Shown piece after piece: positions 18,109-25,826 of a stretch of DNA of 33,820 nt. Position 1 is the stretch's first letter; each line of letters opens with the position of its first letter. The translations under genes and the position numbers were made by a program. Where the stretch lies: IMG/VR virus record IMGVR_UViG_3300037419_003082, positions 1-33,820 of that record. One strand, written 5' to 3'. A model generated the notes under the pieces. It worked only from the letters and a program-made list of their open reading frames with translations. It had not been told where the DNA came from and did no database searches. This DNA comes from a virus. Lineage: Duplodnaviria; Caudoviricetes.

Positions 18109-18200
18109 CAGCGTCCTCCGCCCCTGGGTTGTCTACTATCGGGAGACACTGTCCACTTTTCCCTGTGGATTGTCGGGGGATAGTCAGTGTAAATGTTCAC
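18108..18200 (-). CDS. Possible 30-aa bridging ORF between ner and A
   Basis: GTG overlaps ner stop (GTGA); TGA overlaps A start (TGATG); atypical codon usage. Confidence 0.3.
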   Translation of the reverse strand: MNIYTDYPPTIHREKWTVSPDSRQPRGGGR

Positions 18201-18484
18201 GCGTGCAGCTCCGCCAGAAAGCGGGGCCTGCGCGTGTAGTTCGACGGGGGTTGTGGCCGCTTGCGCTGGCCATCGGAGTTGTAGCGGGAGGGCCAGATCA
18301 CATGGGGAGAGACGCCGATCGCTTCGGCAATGAGCGCCTCCGCCTGCGCGCTGGGCATCGTCAGCGCGTTGGCCATCGCTTGGCGGGTAAGGCCATAGGG
18401 GCGGCCGATCTGCGCGAGCGTGATGCCCCGCTTACGTACCGCCGCTTTTATGTCCTCGGGATGCCAGTCCATTCGCCTTGCCAC
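18197..18484 (-). CDS. ner: Ner-like transcriptional regulator
   Basis: DWHPEDIKAAVRKRG...AEALIAEAIGVSPHVIWPSRY. Confidence 0.93.
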   Translation of the reverse strand: MARRMDWHPEDIKAAVRKRGITLAQIGRPYGLTRQAMANALTMPSAQAEALIAEAIGVSPHVIWPSRYNSDGQRKRPQPPSNYTRRPRFLAELHA

Positions 18485-18519
18485 TGTCGCCTCGCTGTCT
18501 CCTCTTTAATCGACAAGTC

Positions 18520-18537
18520 AGGTTTACATGTCAACCT
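18520..18537. promoter_or_regulatory. Palindromic operator candidate containing a TTGACA -35 for the leftward early promoter
   Basis: AGGTT-T-ACATGT-C-AACCT; minus-strand TTGACA at 18529-18534; overlaps the repressor ATG. Confidence 0.6.
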
Positions 18538-19193
18538 CAAATGAGCGCGAGGGAAACCGGCTGTCGCCTGAAGCCCGAGCGCGTCTCGAAAACGCCGTCC
18601 GTGAGGCGGGCGGCCAGTCGGCCGTCGCCAGGACACTGGAGATCAGCCGCCAAGGGCTGAATGGTGTCCTGCGCGGGAGCAAAGGTGTCAGCGATCGACG
18701 CCTTGAAGAGATCGCGGCGGCGGCAGGCGTGACTGTCGACTTTATCCTGAACGGACCGCCGCCCTCAGGCGACAGTCGGGGTGACACTGTCAGCATCCCG
18801 ATCGTCGAGATCGAGGCGTCAGCCGGTCCCGGTCTCAGCACCGCAATGCGTCCGTCGACCGTCGACTATCTGCCAATGCCGGAATGGCTGGCAAGGCGGC
18901 TGGGCCCGATCGACAGCCTTGAAGTGGTCACCGCCAGAGGCGACAGCGGAGCGCCCGAGATCAGCGACGGCGACCTGGTGATGCTCGACAAGAGCAAGCC
19001 GTATCGGGGCGAGGCGCTGTACGTCATCGTCCTTGACGGCGATCTCGCGATCAAGCGTCTGCAGCGGGAAGCGGGGGGGATGCGGGTGCTGAGCCGCAAT
19101 CCAGCCTACCCGCCAATCGAGATTCCCGCTGGCGAAGTTGACGAGCGCCTACGGGTGCTTGGTAGGGTGGTCTGGTCAGGGAAGACGTATTGA
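18528..19193 (+). CDS. CI-like repressor (HTH + S24 autopeptidase)
   Basis: N-terminal HTH; ASAGPG cleavage site; RGDSG catalytic Ser; IKRL catalytic Lys; ends GRVVWS; divergent from ner. Confidence 0.92.
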   Translation: MSTSNEREGNRLSPEARARLENAVREAGGQSAVARTLEISRQGLNGVLRGSKGVSDRRLEEIAAAAGVTVDFILNGPPPSGDSRGDTVSIPIVEIEASAGPGLSTAMRPSTVDYLPMPEWLARRLGPIDSLEVVTARGDSGAPEISDGDLVMLDKSKPYRGEALYVIVLDGDLAIKRLQREAGGMRVLSRNPAYPPIEIPAGEVDERLRVLGRVVWSGKTY

Positions 19194-19300
19194 TGCTGCC
19201 AAGCCGATTTAGAGCCCGTGGAGAGCGATCGGGGAGCGCGACGGGGCTCCAGGCCTCCCAAGCTGCGGTTTCGCGTCGTGCAGGCCGCACGGCGCTGAAT

Positions 19301-19564
19301 TTGGGCACGTTCGCGGCTGGGTTGTCATTGCTGACGCTGCTGGCCGGATGTGCAAGCGAAGCCAGCAAGGCAGAGGATCGGTACCGGATCGTATCGAAGG
19401 CGGGCTCGCCTGCCGATATCTGCAAAGCAGCCCGCGAAGTCGCAGACGTCCATCTGCAGGCCCGCGACCAACAAAAATACAGCGTCTGGAAGCTCTACGC
19501 CGACGTTGATTGCCAGTCGGCTGCGCTAGGCTCGGCAGCGACGCGAGTCGGCAGCGCTTATTAG
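19301..19564 (+). CDS. Putative lipoprotein (start may be further upstream, ORF open from 19190)
   Basis: Hydrophobic stretch ending in lipobox LLAGC; follows repressor. Confidence 0.6.
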   Translation: MGTFAAGLSLLTLLAGCASEASKAEDRYRIVSKAGSPADICKAAREVADVHLQARDQQKYSVWKLYADVDCQSAALGSAATRVGSAY

Positions 19565-19632
19565 GCCCGACCCTTGAATCTGGTAGCGGCGGCTAGCAAC
19601 CGGTCGCGGACGTTCGCTCGGCTATCAAAGTG

Positions 19633-20466
19633 TCACGTCGCAGAGTTCGGCTCGCGTAGCCTGATCGGCGCCATCGGCAGCAATCCAATGCGTTTCTGAC
19701 CGAAGGCAGCTTGGTAAGCGGGGGAGCCCGCGTCAGAAAATACACGGTACGACACTATCAGGCACTCGCGCCCATCGGTCGAGAACCGTTTGATAAATCG
19801 CAACTCGCCTGAAAAATAGCTACTGAAGGACTCGCCGCGCTCCGCGGGAACTATACTGGGCTCCCCGCCCACGAAATATGAGGGATCCTTCGTCTTCCCT
19901 AGTATGACGTCGGGCAGGAACTGCTCGTAGTCAGCCACGCTGGCGCCAAGGCAGCCGTAGGCGCCTGAATGGCAGACCTTGGCGACAAATCTCAACCAGT
20001 GGTCAAGGCGGAGTGGCTTTGAGACCAAGCCTGGGTTCGCCTCGCGATTGCCACCGACTGAACAAGTCCAAGCCGAGACCTTAATAGGGGTGTTAGGCTT
20101 GCGGCCAATCATAATGCCCGGCTCTTCAAGAACAGGGAAGGCGGCAAACGCTGGAAATCGATCCCAGCGGTACTCGATTTGGTGACCTTCACCGATTGGA
20201 CTTAGCGAGCCTCGGATTGTTCCGGAACGTCGTCCTGGACGGTACGTCGGAAAATTGAGTGCCTCCCGGAAGTCCCCCAAATGATCCCGGCAAATCTTCC
20301 GTTCGAGATAAGATGTAACCTTCTGGCACTCGCCGCAACTAGCGCGTCGGATCACGGTGGCCCCGCCGAGGCTGTACGGGACGATGTGTTCATCGGTGAG
20401 AGGATAGGAATGGGCGTGACAATAAATGCAGTGACCCACTCCATCGAAGTACGATGCTGATTTCAT
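19633..20466 (-). CDS. HNH-family endonuclease domain protein (cargo)
   Basis: CIYC...LTDEHIVPYSLGG...CGEC; more AT-rich codons than phage core; start uncertain. Confidence 0.8.
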   Translation of the reverse strand: MKSASYFDGVGHCIYCHAHSYPLTDEHIVPYSLGGATVIRRASCGECQKVTSYLERKICRDHLGDFREALNFPTYRPGRRSGTIRGSLSPIGEGHQIEYRWDRFPAFAAFPVLEEPGIMIGRKPNTPIKVSAWTCSVGGNREANPGLVSKPLRLDHWLRFVAKVCHSGAYGCLGASVADYEQFLPDVILGKTKDPSYFVGGEPSIVPAERGESFSSYFSGELRFIKRFSTDGRECLIVSYRVFSDAGSPAYQAAFGQKRIGLLPMAPIRLREPNSAT

Positions 20467-20643
20467 TGGCAGCAGCTTGCGCTCCGGTTCAACCGGCATT
20501 GAGCACCTCGTTCCGATCGGCTGAGCTAAGCATTTGCAGGCCGACGCAGTCAATCGCGCCAACTTGGGCTAATCGCGGTAGGTATGCAGTCGCTCGCTCG
20601 ATGTCCGCCTATCCACCATAGCCAATGTTTAAATTTTATGGGT

Positions 20644-20928
20644 TTACGACCTGGGCTGCGGCGGAGCGGGCCTCGTCCGCGCCATGGGCCACGGTTCCCA
20701 GCTCAGCCGGGCGCCGCGCCCTCCACAGCCAAGCCCGCGATCATTGCCGCTGCAATGGAAGTGCATGCCGGCGATTTCCCAGGCCGTGTTCCAGCCATGG
20801 GCGCGATAGTAGGAGATGATCTGCTTGGGATCGAACAGCGCGGTCCGGCCGCAGCTGGGGCAGGTTACCCGCAGCTGCGCCTCGACCCGGATCAGGTCGG
20901 TCAGGTTCTTTGGGTAGAACCTGCCCAT
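20644..20928 (-). CDS. Small zinc-binding hypothetical protein
   Basis: 94 aa; CPSC...FHCS...CG; RBS AAGGAG. Confidence 0.7.
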   Translation of the reverse strand: MGRFYPKNLTDLIRVEAQLRVTCPSCGRTALFDPKQIISYYRAHGWNTAWEIAGMHFHCSGNDRGLGCGGRGARLSWEPWPMARTRPAPPQPRS

Positions 20929-20932
20929 CTCC

Positions 20933-21160
20933 TTAGGCGGCTGCGGCCTGCAGCTCGGCCGGCATGGTTTCGACCTCCGCTAGCGGATGAAGGTAGATCA
21001 CCGGCGGCATGTCCGGTTCGGGCAGATATTCGTCGACCGAACCAAAGCCGGCGCGAACGGCGTCCACGCACGCTGCATAGACGTTGTCGCGCCAGGGACC
21101 GCGACGGGTAGGCGACGTGAAACGATGAAACTGGCCGTCGGGCCGGCGAGGGTCGGACAT
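20933..21160 (-). CDS. Small hypothetical protein, first gene of LexA-box operon
   Basis: 75 aa; RGPWR...A..DAVRAG.G; RBS AGGAG. Confidence 0.7.
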   Translation of the reverse strand: MSDPRRPDGQFHRFTSPTRRGPWRDNVYAACVDAVRAGFGSVDEYLPEPDMPPVIYLHPLAEVETMPAELQAAAA

Positions 21161-21204
21161 CTGCGCTCCTGATGATCTGCCCGATTCGGGCTGGAGCGCC
21201 TATG

Positions 21205-21219
21205 GAACAGAAAGAGAAC
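21205..21219 (-). promoter_or_regulatory. Alphaproteobacterial LexA (SOS) box GTTC-N7-GTTC
   Basis: Plus strand GAAC-AGAAAGA-GAAC, in an AT-rich intergenic region 45 nt upstream of the 21160 start. Confidence 0.85.
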
Positions 21220-21245
21220 AGATATAAAAGGTAGGGAATCGCCCC

Positions 21246-21950
21246 TTACGCCACTTCCCGATCAGGCGGCACGCTTTGATCTGTAATCTGGAGCGGAGGC
21301 GGTGACAGGAGTCGGATGTTCTCCTGATCCTCTGTCGCCTTCTCGGTATGGACCATGCTGACGACCGCCTCAACGGTACTGATCGCATCCGGCAAATCGG
21401 CGGCAACGTTTATCGCTGCGCACGATACCGCCCCTGCTAACGCCCAAAGCGGACCTAATCCAGCGCGGGTCTTGTCAAGCTCGGCTTCGACAGCTTCTAC
21501 TCTTCGATGAAGTGCCGCCTTTTTCGCTTCAGACAAGTTAGAACGATTGATCTGATCCCTCAACGACTCCAGTTGGTTACGGATGTCCACTTTGGTCGAG
21601 TATGGCAGCTGGACACTGTCGCTCTTGAGCTCCGCTCTCTGCCGGACCTTTATGACGGTGAGCGCCTTGGCGAGCTGCGCGTCAAATGAGTTCATTGTAT
21701 CATCGCTCGACTGTGCGGTCTCCGGAGGCATAATCCCTCCGATGCCCAGTTCAGATGCGACAGCAGCCAGCTCCCAAGCATACTGACGTCGCCAGTCAAA
21801 AGAGTCGAACTTGTCGTGTTCTGGTTCCGTGCCCTCGCGTATTCGGTCCAAGCGCGCCCTAGCCGCGTTCGCGATGTACAGAAACGCCTGCTGCGGATCT
21901 TCAGGGGCATTTGCCCACACTTCGTCGTCGATAAGCGTTTCAGTGATCAT
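21246..21950 (-). CDS. All-alpha hypothetical cargo protein (234 aa)
   Basis: RBS AAGGA; helical pattern with hydrophobic hairpin near the C-terminus; atypical codon usage. Confidence 0.75.
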   Translation of the reverse strand: MITETLIDDEVWANAPEDPQQAFLYIANAARARLDRIREGTEPEHDKFDSFDWRRQYAWELAAVASELGIGGIMPPETAQSSDDTMNSFDAQLAKALTVIKVRQRAELKSDSVQLPYSTKVDIRNQLESLRDQINRSNLSEAKKAALHRRVEAVEAELDKTRAGLGPLWALAGAVSCAAINVAADLPDAISTVEAVVSMVHTEKATEDQENIRLLSPPPLQITDQSVPPDREVA

Positions 21951-22010
21951 CTGTTTTCCTTATTCAGCTCACTCTCGGCATGGGAGTCCATTCGTGCCCT
22001 GCCACTCCGG

Positions 22011-22949
22011 TCAATCGGAAGACCGGCCGGCTCGTGCGTCTTGGAGAAACCAGCGCAGCCCGTTGTAGATCATGGAAGGGTGAGGAGGCGGCGCGACCAG
22101 AACTGTGTCGAGCATTAACGAGCGCAGGTCGTGGGTAAACCGCAAAGCGCCGTAGGCTCTGCAAAGCTGCGGGAGCAACTGCTCGTGCAACTCCTCCTCG
22201 CCTCCATCCCCGGAATTGAGCCTGCCCGGCCCGGCGTCCCAGATGTCCATGACGTTCGTTAGCTCCGCGATCGCGGCCTCGCGCTCCATCTCGAACGGGT
22301 TGGCCATGCGCGGACCAAGGTTCCCCGGAGGCTGCAGACGAAACAGTCCGTCCGGCACTTCGATCGTCAGGAAGAGATCGTCATGCCGGGGTACTTCGTC
22401 CCTGGGCTGCAAAAATATCCTAAATTCCGATTGCGATGCATAGCGTAGGGATTTCAGGAACGGATTGGGCCGCACGTTAGCACCTGGGCCGCCCATATGA
22501 ATTGGCGGTATTTCTTCGTAACGGCATGGCGCTGCGCCGACCGTGAAATAGTCCGCAACGCTACCGTTCAGGTATGGAGCGGCCTTTATCAGTTCGAAAA
22601 GCGTGTAACCGCTGACGATCTCGATGCAGCCATCATAGCTGATGGGAGCGTCGACCATCATTGACTGCCTGAGCCTGCCGATATCGCCATGACTCGCGCA
22701 GAAGAGGTAGCCTTCGATGTGTCGGATATAGCGGTTGTTATAGCCGCGGTAGCCGTCACGAAACTCTTCCGTGCGATGGGTGATCGCGATTCCTTCCTGA
22801 CGGTCGCCTATCCAACCGTCGCCAGTCAGGGCCTCCATGAGCCGATATTTGGAGAGGCTGCCCAATTTAAGACTTCCCCCTAGGACGTGGGGAGCGTCAC
22901 TGGCGTTAAGGAACTTGTAGAGCGTAATATCCTTGGGACGGTCGGACAT
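22011..22949 (-). CDS. DUF2971-like / ADP-ribosyltransferase-fold cargo protein (alternative GTG start at 22991)
   Basis: LYKF...GSLKLGSL..Y...IGD..EG...LFCAS...YDGCIEI...FLKSLRYASQSEFR. Confidence 0.6.
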   Translation of the reverse strand: MSDRPKDITLYKFLNASDAPHVLGGSLKLGSLSKYRLMEALTGDGWIGDRQEGIAITHRTEEFRDGYRGYNNRYIRHIEGYLFCASHGDIGRLRQSMMVDAPISYDGCIEIVSGYTLFELIKAAPYLNGSVADYFTVGAAPCRYEEIPPIHMGGPGANVRPNPFLKSLRYASQSEFRIFLQPRDEVPRHDDLFLTIEVPDGLFRLQPPGNLGPRMANPFEMEREAAIAELTNVMDIWDAGPGRLNSGDGGEEELHEQLLPQLCRAYGALRFTHDLRSLMLDTVLVAPPPHPSMIYNGLRWFLQDARAGRSSD

Positions 22950-22987
22950 GCTGGTTGTGTAACCTAGCGCGCGTTCCGACGAAAGCT

Positions 22988-23188
22988 TCACAATATTCGA
23001 TATTCCTTCACGTCGAAAGGCAAGCCGGTGAGTGTCCAGCGTGTAGTATCGGCAGCCCAGCCGAGCTTGGAATCGCTGTTGACCGGCCGCTCACCATGAA
23101 CATTGCCGCTGGCCATACGAACGACGACACGCTTGCCGATCGTCTCATCCGGCTGGTAGCCGGGATTGGGCCTGAACCCGAGGTTCAT
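22988..23188 (-). CDS. Small phage hypothetical protein (66 aa)
   Basis: RBS GGGAGG; ends RWTLTGLPFDVKEYRIL. Confidence 0.7.
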   Translation of the reverse strand: MNLGFRPNPGYQPDETIGKRVVVRMASGNVHGERPVNSDSKLGWAADTTRWTLTGLPFDVKEYRIL

Positions 23189-23313
23189 CGAAGCCTCCCT
23201 TGGCGAAACGGCTTCAGTGCCGTAACGCTGTCGGCCTAGCCCGACGCTCCTCGCGCTAGCGGTTGCGACAGCGGAACCGTCGCCTGCACCGGGCCTGCCC
23301 CATTGAGCGGGGC

Positions 23314-24299
23314 ATGGATCAACAGCCTCAGATCAGGATCATGCGGCCTGGCCGCTTCACCTCTGTCGAGGGACAGGAGGTCGGCTTTGCGGACGCGGAT
23401 TGGCGGCGATCGCCGAAGCCTACGACCCGTCCGCAGATCCCGCACCGCTCGTCATCGGTCACCCGAAGCTGGACGCGCCCGCCTATGGCTGGGTGAAGTC
23501 GCTCGCGGTTGACGGCGGCGAGCTGGTCGCCGTCCCGGATCCCGACAAGCTTGAGCCGGCCTTTGCGGAGGCGGTCCGCGCCGGCCGCTACGCCAAAGTG
23601 TCGGCCAGTTTCTATCCGCCCCAGCATCCCGCGAACCCGAAGCCAGGCAGCTTCTACCTGAAGCATGTCGGCTTCCTCGGCGCCGCCGCGCCGGCGGTGA
23701 AGGGCTTGGGCACCGTCCATTTCGGCGAGGGCGACGACCAAGCGCCGCTCGCGACCTTCGAACAGGAGACTCTGATGACCGATAAGACCGTCGACCTTGC
23801 CGAGCGCGAGGCCGAACTCGCCGCGCGTGAAGCCGCCCTGGCCGACCGCGAAACCTCGATCGCACAACGCGAGGCGGAAGCCGAAACGGCGGCGCGCCAG
23901 GCACGGCACGACGCGAATGTGTCGTTCGCCGAAGGCCTGATCGGCGAGGCCAAGCTGGCGCCGGCCGCGAAGGTGAAGGTCATCGGCCTGCTCGACGTCC
24001 TGGACACGCTTGCCGTCGTCCAGTTCGGCGAAGGCGACGGCGCCGAGGAGATCGCGCCGGCCGACGCCTTCAAGAAGCTGTTCGAGGGCGCGCAGCCGCT
24101 CGTGCAGCTGGGTGAGCATGTCCAGCCCGGCAGCGGTGGCGACGGCAAGACCAACGTGACCGTCAGCTTCGCCGCGCCGCAGGGCTACACGGTCGATCCG
24201 GCCCAGGCGCAGCTGCACCAGCGCGCCAAGGCGCTGCAGGCCGAACATCCCGAGCTGAGCTGGATGGCCGCGGTCGCCGCTGTCCAGGCCGCCGGCTGA
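23314..24299 (+). pseudogene. Mu gpI-like prohead protease/scaffold, split by an apparent 1-nt deletion at ~23400
   Basis: MDQQPQIRIMRPGRFTSVEGQEVGFADAD (from 23314) joins in the -1 frame to LAAIAEAYDP...APLVIGHP..DAPAYGWV...YAKVSASFY...YLKHVGFLGAAAPAVKGL; could be an assembly error. Confidence 0.8.
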
Positions 24300-24323
24300 T
24301 CCCAATCACCGAGGAGAAACACC

Positions 24324-24659
24324 ATGCAGCAGAGGCCCATTCTTGAACTTCCCGGCGTGGCGGCCGGCGCCGTCACCAAGCACCGCTTCGTCACCTATGC
24401 GATGGCCCAGGCCGTCGCCGGCGACGTCGCTCTTGGCGTTGCCGATTACGACGCCAGCGCGGCCGGCAAGCCGCTGAACCTGATCGTCATGGGCACCGCC
24501 AAGGTCGAGGCCGGCGGCGCGTTCGCTGCCGGCGATCTGATCCAGGCGGACGCCCAGGGCCGCGCGATCGTGAAGGCCGCGGGCGCGACCAACGGCCGCG
24601 CGCTGCAGGCGGCAGGCGCCGCCGGGCAGTTTGTCGAAGTGCTGCTGATCAAGAGCTGA
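24324..24659 (+). CDS. Capsid cement/decoration protein (DUF2190-like)
   Basis: 111 aa, Ala/Gly-rich; VEAGGAFAAGD..ADAQGRA...GRALQAAGAAGQFVEVLL; RBS GAGGAG. Confidence 0.85.
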   Translation: MQQRPILELPGVAAGAVTKHRFVTYAMAQAVAGDVALGVADYDASAAGKPLNLIVMGTAKVEAGGAFAAGDLIQADAQGRAIVKAAGATNGRALQAAGAAGQFVEVLLIKS

Positions 24660-24662
24660 GAC

Positions 24663-24791
24663 GCCTGAGAGCCGGGCGGCGTGCCGCCTGGGCCGGCCGG
24701 AGGGCGCGCTCCGGTCCCAGCCGCGGGGATGCGCGGCAGAGGCGCAAGCCGCAGCCGGTGGGAGCCCGGCGCTGAAGCGGTTTCACCAGGC
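24663..24791 (+). ncRNA. Candidate cis-acting multi-hairpin RNA element upstream of capsid gene
   Basis: Five to six adjacent hairpins including GGC-GCAA-GCC and GCCGG-TGGGAGC-CCGGC, closed by GCCTG/CAGGC. Confidence 0.45.
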
Positions 24792-24807
24792 AGAAGGTCA
24801 AAGTCCT

Positions 24808-25737
24808 ATGATGTCCCCCGACCAGGCACGCGTCGTCGATCCGATCCTTACGGAGCACGCCCGTGGCTATTCGAATGCCGATTTTGTCGGCCCCGTTCTT
24901 TTCCCCACCGTCACCATGCCGACCCGCGCGGCGAAGCGGATCGAGTTCGATCGCGCCAGCTTTCGCCGGCCGAATGTCCAGCGCGCGCCGGGCTCGCGCA
25001 TTGCCGAGATCAGCTTCGGCTATGACGGGAAGCCGGTGAACCTCATCCAGCGCGCGATCGCGGCCAAGACGCCGATCGAACACCAGGAAGAAGCCGGCGA
25101 AGTTCCCGGCCTGGATCTGCAGCAGATGGGCGTGGACCTGGTTCTGGCCACGATCGGCCTGGACAAGGAAATCGCGCAGGCCACCGCGGCTCGCAATGCC
25201 GCCACCTATGCCGCCACCAACAAGGCGGCGCTGGCCGGCGCCGACAAGTGGAGCGATCCGGCATCCAAGCCGAAGACTGTGATTTTCGACGCCAAGGAAA
25301 CGATCCGGAAGCGGATCGGCCGGCGCCCGAACGTCCTGGTCCTGGGCGGGAGCGTTGCGAGCGTGCTGCAGCGCCACCCGACCATCCTTGACCAGTTCAA
25401 GTACACCAACGCGGACTCGGTCACGCTCGAACAGCTCGCCCGCTACTTCGACGTGAAGAAGGTCGTTGCCGGCGATGCCATCTACGACAATCCGGACGGC
25501 ACTTCGTCCGACGTCTGGGGCGCGGACGCGATCCTGGCCTATGTGCCGGAGGAAGCGGCCAACCGACAGATGGGCCTGCCGAGCTACGGCTACACCTATC
25601 AGCTTCGCAATCACCCCTTCGTAGCTCCGGCCCGTTGGGAAGGCGGCGTGCGTAGCTGGCTGAACGATTGCTTCGACGAGTTCAGCCCCGAGCTGGTCGG
25701 CGCCGACGCGGGCTTCCTCGTCCAGAACGCGGTCTGA
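24808..25737 (+). CDS. Major capsid protein (HK97 fold, gpE-like family)
   Basis: 309 aa; VDPILT..ARGY.N, WSDPASKP, IGRRPNVLVLG, HPTILD, PSYGYTYQL, AGFLVQNAV. Confidence 0.9.
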   Translation: MMSPDQARVVDPILTEHARGYSNADFVGPVLFPTVTMPTRAAKRIEFDRASFRRPNVQRAPGSRIAEISFGYDGKPVNLIQRAIAAKTPIEHQEEAGEVPGLDLQQMGVDLVLATIGLDKEIAQATAARNAATYAATNKAALAGADKWSDPASKPKTVIFDAKETIRKRIGRRPNVLVLGGSVASVLQRHPTILDQFKYTNADSVTLEQLARYFDVKKVVAGDAIYDNPDGTSSDVWGADAILAYVPEEAANRQMGLPSYGYTYQLRNHPFVAPARWEGGVRSWLNDCFDEFSPELVGADAGFLVQNAV

Positions 25738-25754
25738 TCCTGCCGCGCCTCTGA

Positions 25755-25786
25755 GGCGCCGGGCCGATCATCTCCGGCCCGGCGCC
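25755..25786. terminator. Perfect 12-bp GC hairpin after capsid gene (no U tract; stabiliser or attenuator)
   Basis: GGCGCCGGGCCG-ATCATCTC-CGGCCCGGCGCC. Confidence 0.55.
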
Positions 25787-25826
25787 AGCCTGCTCTTCCC
25801 ATGCAATCCGATTGAAAGGCCGTTTC

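Noticed and set aside
19565-19635. Mu left end (attL) beyond the repressor
   Set aside because: No recognisable terminal TG with repeated transposase sites, and phage genes continue beyond
24735-24775. Known riboswitch (c-di-GMP-I, FMN, cobalamin) or tRNA
   Set aside because: Only isolated sub-motifs match; core consensus and cloverleaf are absent
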